Assembly: GCA_046563655.1 (NCBI GenBank)
Contig: CM102290.1
Span: 5,704,001 to 5,768,000 of the forward strand
DNA length: 64,000 nucleotides
Reading direction: 5' to 3'
Source: Yuukianura sp. NJ FZ-2021
Lineage: Eukaryota
Below are positions 37,296 to 49,400 of the stretch, one piece after another; position 1 is the stretch's first letter; the number at the start of each line of letters is the position of its first letter. The notes beneath the pieces were generated by a model, which was not told where the DNA came from, ran no database searches, and saw nothing but the letters and a program-made list of their open reading frames with translations. A program made the position numbers and the translations under genes.

Positions 37296-37529
37296 CAGTC
37301 GAGTTTCCCTTTTATTCCATTTGCCAAATACAAAACAAAATACAATTGAGAAGTACAAAACTCGCACCCGTACATTGGCGGTGAACTGGCAAAATGAAAC
37401 GCCAAATGGCAAATTGGGGAATTGCCAATGACAATTTGACTTCAGACTCATGTAATTTTCTAACCCCAGTGTAGTCCAATTGCAATTTGTTTTGTATTTG
37501 GCAAATGGAATAAAAGGGAAACTCGACTG
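37296..37529. mobile_element. Tc1/mariner/pogo-type MITE with TA target-site duplication
   Basis: TA|cagtcgagtttcccttttattccatttgccaaatacaaaacaaa ... tttgttttgtatttggcaaatggaataaaagggaaactcgactg|TA; TIRs over 40 bp. Confidence 0.85.
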
Positions 37530-37808
37530 TACTCTCAAAATGTTAACATTCACACTAACCTAACATTCACACTAAAATATTCCAACTGTAGTACTCATCA
37601 TTTACACATTTTAAACAAAGTTTAACACCAAAGTGAAAGTTTTAGACAAATGGCACTTTTGCTCTTTTTTACGGCATTTTTAAAATTCTCAAACACTTTT
37701 AGAATAAGTTTCAAAAATTAAGCTTGAAATGGAGTCCCAAAGCATATATTATTCAGGATTAGGTTAATTAGGATTAGGTTAATTAGGTTAGGATTAGGTT
37801 ATGTTAGG

Positions 37809-40569
37809 CTAATCCTCTTGAGGAGGATCGTTTCCGACGTAGTAGGTGAAAGCAATCCAGTAGACGAGTACAAAGAGAGCGAATGCAGAGGGGAAAAGCC
37901 TCCTTGCATAGATGTCGAGTGGAGAGAACTTGTTGTGTGGCGTAGAGGTGGTGAAAGTGGCTGGATTTGTGAGTTTGTGTTGGATCCAGAGCCAGGGTTT
38001 GCAGGCGGGTGACTTGGGCGGGTGGGTTCGAGGCTTGAGAGGCTGAAATGAGACATTAAGTTTCTGTTAGGATCAGGCTTGTCAAAAATATGTACTAAAA
38101 CCCTTAAAATATTTTTTTTAAATGTGTTTTTTAAAAATAGCCCATATATTTACTTATTTAGGATAAAGGGCATGAGCAAATAAGTGAATATTTAGAAACA
38201 AAAAAAAGAAATATTTTTTTTTATTAAGATTCTGAGGAGGGAGACATTAAATATAAATATTTTTGCCATCCCTGGTTATCATGCATACAGTTGAATTTGG
38301 AGGTTAAAAATTTGAATTGAATTGACCTTGGTTTGGGTTTCCCGCCACTGGACCCTCAGTTTGTCTAGGTAGTTGATGCAGGCGTACTCCACCATGGATG
38401 CAAACACAAATGAGAAGCAGAGGATGAGGAACCAGTCGAGTGCAGTGGCGTAAGAGGTGCGTGGTAGAGATGCCCGCCCGCCAAAACCCAACGTCGTCAG
38501 GGACAACACTGTTGTCACTCCTACAAAAACAAAATTAGAAAGTGAGTGGAAGATTTAAATTCAAAGTGACGACGGAGGCAGGGGAGCGGGAAAGTGGATT
38601 TGAAATACCCGGCTACATCTGAGTGACAGACTGAATCTTTTTTAACAGTTTCCATTTTGTTTTGGGAACTTTTGAATCAGGCGGTATTTTTTTTAAAAAC
38701 TTACCGAGCGAGACACGGGCCGGGACAGCAGCCGGGTCAATCCAGAAACTGACCCAGGAACAGAAAACGATGAGAGTGCAGGGGACGTAGACTTGAAGGC
38801 TAAACACTCATTCCAAAGGAATTAATTAATTAAATATTTAATTAATTAAAACTTGATTTAATTAATAAAATGTTTTTGAACAATGGTGTACATTAGGACT
38901 TACAGGAAGTAGCCTGTGTGGCGACTGAGATGAAACTCGGCCGAGATGACAGAACCGTTGTCTAAATCGGTATTTTTTAAAGTGTTTTAAAGAAGATGAT
39001 TATTTGAATTATATTTATATTATATTAAATTAAAGTTTAAATTATTATAAATTGACCATGTCTGCTGGTGGGGAGGATGAGTTCATTAACGTGGATGGTG
39101 ACGAGGTCATACTGGGCAGGGTTCACGCCCTCCTCTTTGTCCACTGGCTTTGGGTCCCTCCACTTGTACTGTACATCCCCAGTCGAGTAACTGTAGCTCC
39201 CCAGCAACAGACAACACCTCTGCTCATCCAGAGGAAACTTCCTGAAGGGTTTATTATAATATATTAAATATATTATACAAAATAAACATATTTAAATATT
39301 TTAACCAGAATTATACCTTAGGTGCATCCTGCAACGAGCACGAATGGTAAGGCTAAAATAAAATAATAATTTGTGAAATACTTTTAATTAATTATAATTA
39401 AATATTTTATAGTCTGATTACCGCATAGAGTAAGTGATGAATCCGTCGTTCCTGAGGCGCAGAAACTTGTTGGGAACTGTGATGCTGTGGAGTTTCGTTC
39501 CAGTGACGCTGTTTATCACGTAAGTGTCAGGCTATAATATTTATTTATGATAAAATAAATTATTTAAATATTAATAACTATAAACATTACCGTCCACACT
39601 TTGTCCAGAAAAAGCCAGTTGAGTGAAAGTTCGTTTGTCGTGGGAAGGTGAAAGGCGAGACGCTTGTCATACCACATGTGACGCAAGTACAAGTCTGCGC
39701 TAAAAATCTAAAAAAAAAAAGTATTTTAAAAAGTTAAAACTTTTTTAAAGAAGTTTTTAAGTATATTTTTCAAAATATTTATAAAGTAATAAGAAAATTT
39801 ACTTCTTCCGTTTCCAGAACTGGTCCAATACTTTTGATATACAAGTTGACTTCAATTGTGAGGGGCTCTCCTTGAGAATAAATTTATTTAAATGTAATAA
39901 AATAAATTAAGTATTAAAATTAATAGAACAAGGGACCCTAACTTTTGATGAGGTAATTGAATTTGGCTTAGAGAAAGTTAGTTCCACAACTTTCTTTTTT
40001 CCAGCCCCACGCCTTCCAACTTTCTCCAGCTTAAAGTCGAAAGAAGAAATAAGTGGCGTCTAAGCTCTGGAATTGAATTTGGGGGGTGAGGGGGTGACTG
40101 ACCTTGAACCCCCCCCCCCACTTTGGTGACCCCCCCCTCTCTTTTAAGGGGGGGGTTGAGGGGGAGGGGTGACTCTGGTTAGTATTTGTCACTTGTGATT
40201 CATTGCTTGTTGCACATGGTGTACATTAACATGAACACCCCATTTACTTCCTTATTTCTGGCTTTAGTGAACATCAACAAAATATGACGACGTGACAAAA
40301 TAAGTTTCCGAAACTACAGACTTTTCAGGAACTTTAAAAAGAATTTTTTTTACTTGAAAAAAATTTGAAAACAAAAAAAAAATTACTAAAATTTTTGTTT
40401 TACCTCCGAAATTTGGTCTAAATCTTTTGTCATAGTTGTCCTCCCTGAGTAGATTGTCTAGGAGTGTGGTGACATTGTTGGACAATTCTTTGTAGTAACG
40501 CAACTGCGCCTGCGCACAAATTTCCAAAACTAATTTCAAAATAAGAATCAAAACACAAACCAAATTCAT
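37809..40569 (-). CDS. GABA receptor alpha-like Cys-loop subunit with PAR motif, 10 coding exons
   Basis: All [142 protein letters not shown]. Confidence 0.9.
38074..38274. mobile_element. Degenerate hAT-like MITE in the last intron of the PAR-motif subunit
   Basis: caggcttgtcaaaaata ... tatttttgccatccctg; 8-bp flanks gttaggat/gttatcat match at 6 of 8. Confidence 0.45.
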
Positions 40570-41430
40570 TTTACAAAAATGATTCACAAAAGCTGCAAAA
40601 AGAAACTAAAAACCTGGTCTTCGAACTGAGACAAAAAATGTTGTATTTTTTTAAGTGACTCTGAGTTTTGAAACTGTAAGTGTGGAGAAATGGTTTGTTT
40701 GAAAGTGTAAATGAGGGAGTAAGTGGAGAGAGAATGGAAAAGAAGGCAAAGTGACAACCATCATTTTTATCCCTTGGAATTTGTGCCCGTTGCCAGCAGA
40801 ATCACCTCAAGAAGTTCCGTTGAGCGATGAGGTCGGTTCCCCACCGGAATTCGGGGGAAGATGAAGATGATTCAGGAATTCGGGAAGATGAAGATCATTC
40901 GAAGGCACAAATTAAGATCTTTTGAATCTTCCGCCTTCTGCTTCCTCCTTCATTAAGCCCCGTCCTCAAAGACGGCTTCTGTCCCAGGCTTCATTTGGCT
41001 CCAGTAACTACCAAAAGTCACTAATCAATCTAAAACATCAACAACATACATGCACATCACATACAGGCAACACAGATAGCCAGCAGGCAACAAACCGACA
41101 GCAAGCGGGCAACGTGCAGGCAACATACAGATAGCAAGCAGGCAACAAACAGAGAGATCCGAAAGTGAAACACTTTCCATTTATTATTCAAACAGCCCGC
41201 CATTTCACACCAACACTTTCACCGAAATCCGCTTCTCTTGCTAAATTTTTAGTATCGGCTTTGTAACACGAAAAAAAGTGAAAGTAGAGAAGCAAATATT
41301 TGAAATCTTAAATTTTTGATTTTTATGACCTCCATTAGTAAATTTGTGGCGGTAAATGTTGAATGAAATTGTGTGAGAGTTGGCGGTGATTTGTGGAAAG
41401 TTTACTGGACGAAACAATTTTTTTTCGAAC

Positions 41431-43487
41431 ATGAAAAACTTTATTTCATCAAAAATATTTTTGAGTTTGTGGAAAATCCTTTGGATCTGCTCTACTGCCG
41501 ATTGGTAAATTTTGAATTTTTTTAGTTCAGGTAAACGTTTTTGCTAACAAAGTTATTTCAAGATGATTTTGTAGTTTGACCTCTGACCTGGACGAAACTT
41601 TGAAGCTGTCCAACACCTCTCTAGGTTTGGCCAAAATCCTGGACGGGTATGACGTCCGCCTCCGACCAAATTTTGGCGGTAAATTTGAATTTTCAAATTT
41701 ATTTGATCTGCGGTGACTAAAAAGAAAAGGCGGAGTTTTGAATTTTAAGTTTGTTTGATTTTCTGGGTGAAGCGGATCCACTTTACGTTGGGATCGAAAT
41801 CCAAATTGCAGAAATTAACGCCTTCTCGGAAGTCAACATGGTTAGTTAGACTGAGCAATTTGGTCAACAACAAATACGCCGACTGCAATTTGGTCAACAC
41901 TTGTTTCTAGGACTACACTGTGACGATATTTTTGAACCAGTATTGGAAAGATGAGCGACTTGCTTTTAGCACAGGCGAAGACCGGCTCACTTTTACCGGA
42001 GATTTTGCAAAGCGGATTTGGGTTCCTGACATTTTCTTCCCTGCAGACAAAGACAGGTCGATCAGGGGAAATCAAAATTTTCAAAATTTCATTTTTTTTT
42101 AACTTTTTTTCATTTTTTCATTTTTAGTTTCATTCATGACGTGACCCAGCGGAACCAAATGGTTCAGTTGAGTGGTGATGGAAGTATTTTGTACGGAATG
42201 AAATTCACGACTCGTGAGTCTTGTCAAATGGATCTCCGCAACTTTCCACTCGACTCACAAAACTGTACCGTAGAAATCGAATCATGTAAGACCGGAAACC
42301 GGAACAAAAGTTTCATTTTTGATTCCGGTACGAACCAATTAGAGAATAATTTGAGTTTCGCGGTTTTCATTTTTCCAAGATGGTTACACTGTGAAGGACG
42401 TCGTAATGTACTGGAAGGACAATGCCGTTTCCGGAGTCGAAGCCATTCGGTTGCCACAACTTCGAATCGGCGGCTACGACACGAACGACAGAATTGAACG
42501 ACTCGCCACCGGAATTTATCAACGACTTTCACTTTCCTTTAAATTTGAACGACGTTTTGGCTACTTCTTTTTCCAAATGTATCTTCCTGCCATCCTCATC
42601 GTCATGCTCTCATGGATCTCATTTTGGTACAAAAAAAAAATTCAAAATTAAAATTTCTGAACTTATTATAAATTCCTGGTTTTGTAGGATTTCAAATGAC
42701 GCCACAGCAGCCAGAGTGGCTTTGGGGATAACCACAGTGTGCGTAAATTTAAATATTGAATTTAATTAAGTTAATTTAAATTTAATTAATATAATTTAAG
42801 TTTAATTAATGTTTTAGCCTAACGATGACCACGATTAACAACAGCGTGCGGAACTCCCTGCCTCGAATCTCGTTTGCAGCCATTGACGTGTACCTGGTCA
42901 CGTGCTTCCTCTTTGTCTTTGCAGCTCTCATTGAGTACGCAGCAGTCAACTACATCTTTTGGGAACAAAAGAAGCCAAAACCAAAAAACGCCAAATCAAA
43001 ACCACCCAAAATATGCACCATTTCAAACGTAAGTTCCCGCAATTCCTTGTCTTTTCTCAACTTTTGAAATCCACTACTTTTGAAACACACTGTATTTTTT
43101 TCTAAACAGAGGTTAAAAGGAATGTCAACCGTCTTTCGAAGAAAGAGCAAAGAGCGGCAAGTTCAAAAATTTCAAAAAGAGCAAAAAGTACAAGTTTCAA
43201 TTGAGGAAAAGAGTGAACCTGCGGAGAACTTAAGCAGTGGCAGAATGCGAAGTTTCAGTTTCTCTGGAGCCATTAGTTTAGAAAAATGTGTGCGTAGAAA
43301 ACGAAATCAAGGAGTTGTGCGCATGGGCATTGCCCAACGTCGGATTTGGCAAAATTTGAAAACGAGAGTCCAAAGTCCAATGGTGCAAGACGTCAGTTCA
43401 GTTGACAACTACTCCAGAGTTTTATTCCCTCTCACATTCTGCATCTTCAATGCCTTCTACTGGACTATTTATAGGAACAAATCTTAA
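41431..43487 (+). CDS. Lcch3: GABA receptor beta-like subunit, LCCH3-like, multi-exon
   Basis: [113 protein letters not shown]; all introns GT-AG. Confidence 0.92.
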
Positions 43488-46400
43488 AAACTTAAAAAAA
43501 CACTGGTTTTTTTTAAGAAAAAGTTAGAAAAATACATAATTTAAAAAAGAGGTAGAAAAAGAGAACTTCAACCATACGATAACTGCGAAAACAAAGCTTG
43601 AGTAAAATTCATTTTGAAACAAGAAATTCTTTGGCGTTGAAGTAAAGCATAGGACTGCAGCGATCTCTTTTGGTTTCAGTTCAGAGAAAGTAGGTGGATG
43701 GCGTTTGTGTACTTTACAGCCACTTTTTAAAAGATGGCACTTCACTTTCTAAAAAAATACTCCACTGTTTTAGTTTTCTAAAACAACTTTTCAAAACTGG
43801 ATGGCGCTCCAGTAGATTCTAAGATTTTCGCTCAACGCCGTTTTCAAAAAAGGTCTAAGGCCTCACTTCCGTTGAGGCTTTGATCATGTTCGATGGTTTT
43901 TCAATTTTCTAAAAAAAAGGTATTTTTTTTTCAAAAATCGCAATTTAAAAAAATGAAAGCTTGAAAGACCTTACCAAGTGAGTTTAGTGTTCCTGACCGG
44001 AAGAGAGTTATTATAATGCTCTGTTCTATTTTTCTTAATGTTTTTTAAAAAGTGTTTTTTTTTAAGATGTGCTATTTTGTGTAACTGTTTTGAGAATGAT
44101 CCACAGCAGATATGGACATTAATCAAAATGTACAGCGTGTACCATATGTGTGGCCATAGATTGAAACAGGAAATGGAACTCTCCCTGGAGACTTTACAAA
44201 ATGAATTAGGTGTCACAATAAACAAAATTCACAAGTCCCCTGTACTTTCCTTACCATCTTGTACTAAACATTTTATAATTTTATAAAATTTAAATTCTAA
44301 ACTTTGAATTTTCTGTCCAATTCCTTGTTCAAACATTTTTTTGAAAGTTTGTGACATGGGAAACAAAAAATGTAAATTTGAAGCTGGTGCTACTCATCTG
44401 GAAATGTGGAGATGCGATTCTCCTTTTGTTGTTTTCTCTTCCGGGTCTTAGGGTGACCCTTAAGGGCCCCCTTCGGAGGGTTAAGGGTCCCCTGTTTCCA
44501 AAATAATGGGAGGAGGGAATCCCTGCCCTACTGTGTCTTCCTTCACACACACCTTTTCCTTCTCCCCGAAAAATCAGATTCAGTAAGGATCTAACGACGG
44601 GACGGAATCGGAGTTCTGCCAAAGTGTTTTTTAGTTTAAAAAAGTTTTAAAACTTAAAACCGTAACACCCTAAAACACATAAAACCGTAACACCGTAAAA
44701 CAGTGAAGACCCAAGTGATTAAGCGGTGGTCAGACAACAGTGTGTGCCGGTCAGAGAGAAAGTGGAGAAAGGGGGTGAAAACTGTGGGCGCCAAGAGACC
44801 AATATTTTAAAAATTCAAACTCCCCACTGCTCCTCATTAAACTTTAAGGACTTTTCTCCACTAAAAAAGTGTTTTCAAAAAAAAAAAAAAAACTTTTCAA
44901 AAATTTTGTTTTATACAAATTTTGAAGAAAAAAAAAGAGGAAGCATGTTGTGTTTGGTTGTGGAATGGTTTGTTTGGACAAGTTGGCGGTGTTCGGCGTG
45001 GCTTTTGAGCGGCAGAGACTGTGTTGTGTGCCGTTGTTTCCTTAAGTGAGCATAAAATTCGGAAGGAGATAATCCACTCATCTGCTTAACACAAATTTCA
45101 AAAATGCCCGCCCTGTAAACTCCCGCGTTTTTCTTCTTCTGGACAAGTTCGGAGTGACAGGAATGTTGGACGGCAGGAACTGACACAAACGGCGCATAAC
45201 TCGTCAAAAGTTTACAAAAAAACTACGAAGTTCAAATTACGAAGTGACCTCTGGCCTCTGACAACCACGTGGAATAAGGTAAGACTTCTCATTTCAGTTT
45301 AACTTTTCATAACTTTTTCAAAATTTTGAATTTTTTTGAGATTTGGAATGATTTTTGAAATTGTAGAGTTGTTATGTGGGAAGGGGTGAGTGGGGTATGG
45401 ATTTCCTTGGAAGATGACAAAGGGATTAGCCCTTTGGTGACGGAAGGAACCAGGAGGAACAATGCCATTTTTTAAGGGCCCATTGTTCCTTAAGAAGAAT
45501 AGGGGGGCCCTTGGGTGAGGGGGCCCTTAAAGTAGTGTGGGAATCCAGGTGGTGGAACAAGAGATGCGTAATCATAATAGAACAAATACCAAGATCATTT
45601 TTACAATTTGCCGACGACAGAGATTCGAAGGGGCTTTGAGAAGACTTGTTTCCAGGGAGGGGGGACTTCAAAGTCTCCTTTTGTTGTTCTTTTCCCAAAG
45701 GAGCCCTTTTTCGCTACTTTGCCCCCTCCAGTCCCCCTCCCCTTCAATTGTTCTTCCAGACTTTACTTACGATCCTCCCTTTGGATCAAATTTTTATCAT
45801 TTCCAGCTCTTCTCAAGTCTCACTTTACTTTCTGCTGAGCGTAAAGATCTCTATCTCAACCCCCCCTCCAACCCCCCCCCCTCTTCTTACAGCTCAACCC
45901 CCCCCCCCCTATGCTATAATCAAACTTTGATCAGAGAGGGGGGACTTCAACCCCCCCCTTCCTTGTCTGTGTTCACGTAAAATGCGAACGGCAAAACTCA
46001 ATCTTTCGCTACTTGAGCAAATCTGAACATTTTTTCAAAAAATGTTTTTTTTTATTTTTCGGCCCTCCTGTTTTGGATTTTGGATGGGATTACTTTTGCA
46101 AATTTTGAAATGTTTCGAAATCTGTTTCAAAATTTCAAATGTTTCAAAATTTTGTTAAAAACTTTTGAAAAAGTAGTTAGTAAGTGTGTTGAGGTCAACT
46201 ACCCTTGTGACCCTGAGTAGGAAGTTTTGAGCGTGGAGTGGAACGGGGATTATGAATGTTTCAACGACTCCATTCTGGGAAAGAGATTAAGACGAACAAA
46301 GATTGGGCAGAGGAGGAACTGATTGAGAGATTCATGCATTCCATCCCACATTCAATTAGGACCCACCCGCCCCACCAACGGCCCCACCAAAGGCCCCACT

Positions 46401-49400
46401 ATGAGTAGAAGGGTTGACAATTACTAAAGTGTAGTTGGATTGGATTACAATGGAGTAGGGTAGGGGAGAAACACTGTCCAAGTAACTGGATCAAGTGGAC
46501 ACAATAAACCAATTCTCAACCCTTTCACCCCACACAATTGTCTTCCAAATCATACAAAATTTATAGACTTTTTTACAAAAAGGATTCTCAAAATCTTTTT
46601 TTTAGTCTTTTGAATTGACTTTTCAAAAAAAGAAAAAAAGAAAAAAGATTTGAGTATCGTTTTCAATTAGAACACAATTAAACTCTCCCGCTTTCTTTTC
46701 AAATCACAAGCCCCTACGACAGCAATTCAAAAACTTGAGCTTCAACTTGTAATTGTTCAACTACTTTTTTCAAAATTTTACACAATGTTGGGAAGGAACT
46801 TCAAAATTTTGTGGAACTTTTTTTTTTGAAAATTATCAAATCCAACTACTAGCATCAGAAGAACTGTTTGATGGAGTAATTCTTTCCAAAATTAAAAATT
46901 AAATTAGTGAATGACACAGGACAACAACAACATCAGTTTTTTTGACAAAAGACTTTTTAAATTCAAATCTCAGCGGTCCTTTGCAGAGTAAGATTTTGAT
47001 CTTTTTGAATTTGGAAGTCGTTTTTTTCGTTAAGAATTAGAGAGTACAATGACTTTTTGGCCAAAGACAATGGAATCCCAGCATAAAAGACACAAGAAAC
47101 AATGTGTTTTGTGCTCCATCATCCTCCCCACCCCCTAAACAATGTCATCTCTGCATAGTCACTGCATTCCTCTTCAATTATTGTCACATCTTTCAACCCG
47201 GATTAGAATACAACAGTCTACGAACACTGAACAACAAAAATTAAAACTTTGATTCCACAAGTAAAACTATGAAAAGCAAAATTGAAATTTTGACTTTTTA
47301 GTTTTCATTGGCCAAAGTAAAACTTAACTTTTAGTTACATTTTGTAAGTTGAAGTTAGCTCTTAGTTTAATTTTTAAGTTAAAATACAGACACTTGAAGG
47401 AACGAAAGTGTGATGATAAATGGGATTTTAAATCCGAATTTTAAAATGATAATTTTTTGTTTGCGTGTGAATGGCGAGAATTAATAGAATTCGGAATGTG
47501 ACACTTGAGAATAATGATTGAGGATTTGAGGCAGGTAGGCCGTAGTACGCCACCACTTATTGGGGGGGGGGGATTTAGGGGAAGGGGGGACATTCCACCC
47601 TTTGTTGTTTCTGTCACTCTCTTCAACAAGTGAATAATGACTTTCTCCTTCCGCTTCACCACACACAACCAAATCACTTCTTCACTTACACAATTACAGT
47701 CCAAACCAATTAAAGTCTATGGCAAAGCTAAAAAATGTACAGGGTGGCTCAAAATAAACGCAAAAACGGAACTTAACTTACAGTCGCATACTGTTTTTTA
47801 ATAAAAAGTATCAAAAGTACAGGATGATTCAAAGATTTGCGTGTACTTTGCAAATTTTTAAATTTTAAAATTTTTTATTTTTAAATTTGTAAAAATGTGT
47901 TTAAATTCAAACGAATAAATAATAGTTAAAATAAAGTTACAAAATGAAACTAAAAAATAGTTCAGTTTTTTTTCAATTTTTACCCTACAATGTTTGTGAT
48001 GACGTAATACGCCGAACAAAAAAAATGAGTAGAGAGAAAGTTTGTTTTCTTTTCTCTTTGTAAAAAAAAGTTCGTTTGAGGAATAATTACTGACTTTGAG
48101 TTTTATTTTTGAAAAGTCTCTTGGGAAAGATGACAAAAGGACTTGTATTTTCCGAATGTTTGTCTAGAACAAAAACATTTAAAAAGTTCTTGTTTAAAAA
48201 AGAGTTTGATGATGTTCTACTTTTGTTGTTCCCTCGTCGCTCCTCTTTCTTTTGATCTCATTGGAGTTTGTGTCCACAAGTTACAAAGCCCTATTCTTCT
48301 TCTTCTTTCGTTAAGCTCCGTCGCTCGCAATTTTACAAAATTCAAACAGAGCGGCTCCATCCTTTGAGCCAGCTCCTCTCTTTTCAAAATTTTGAAAAGA
48401 ACAGAGAAAAAGTTGAATTTGCCTTGCAAAAACAAACTGACCCACACGAGGTTCAAAAAACAGAAGCAGGAGAGGCGTAAGGAAATTAAAGAACAAAGGA
48501 GGAGAAGCCGCTTCTGGTGGAAATCAGAACAGTGGTTCCGTTGTCATCCTCAAAAGAGTCTGGCTGGAGTTCAAATCCCAGTCCCTCTAAACTTTTTTTT
48601 TAAAAGTGCAATATGAATATACATAATAGGAATTGTTTCCAGATCTGTGAATGCTCAATTGGGAAAAATGATAGAGGCAGAGTGATGCCAATGTGTGTCT
48701 GGTTCAACTTCCGTTCATTATTTACAATAAGTTGAGGGAGGAAAAATTTCTAAAAATAAATCATCGAATCTTGTTTGAATTTGAACAAAGCAACGGAGAG
48801 ATCTTTGGGAATTCAAACAGATCTCTCCCTTCACAAACGAAACTCCTTTTTTAAACTTCAAACTTCATTTTTCTCAAAAATAAAAAGTTCTTGCCTGTCA
48901 TCAAGGTCTTCAAGTAAACAGAACACAGGCACGTCCTGTTTAAATTTTTTTGAAAAAGAAAAAAAAACAGTGGACTTTGTGTTGAAAACAATTAGGTCTT
49001 TTCAAAAAACCAAAATTTTATGTTTCGGAGATTAAAAATTATTATTTCAGTGCCTTATTTTAAACAAAAGTGTCGTAACTTAGAATCAAAATAAGTTTTT
49101 GGTTCAACTAAATTTCTTGTTTGAACCAAAAAGTGTCGTTTTTTAAAAAAGTGTATGATTCGGGAGATTTAGTTTGGAAGTGTGTTTGGATGCTCGTTAA
49201 AATGCATTATGAGTAATGAGTGTTGCATGGAGGAGTGCATTGGAATCACTTCACCCCTGGGTGTACTGATGGCGTAAATCCGCTAATGAGCGGCGCATAA
49301 CTCTGTTGTTACGCCTCGCTCTGAGGCGGGAACCTTTTGGCCTCGTATGACACCGTCCGATTGCCAAACAATAAATACTGAAAATGGAATGGAACTGACG

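Noticed and set aside
41526..41530. 5-nt micro-exon (ag|ttcag|gt) in LCCH3 intron 1
   Set aside because: Inclusion breaks the frame; direct 41504>41575 splicing is in phase.
43524..44290. Possible small spliced gene downstream of LCCH3
   Set aside because: Some splice-like sites are present but I found no coherent reading frame or homology.
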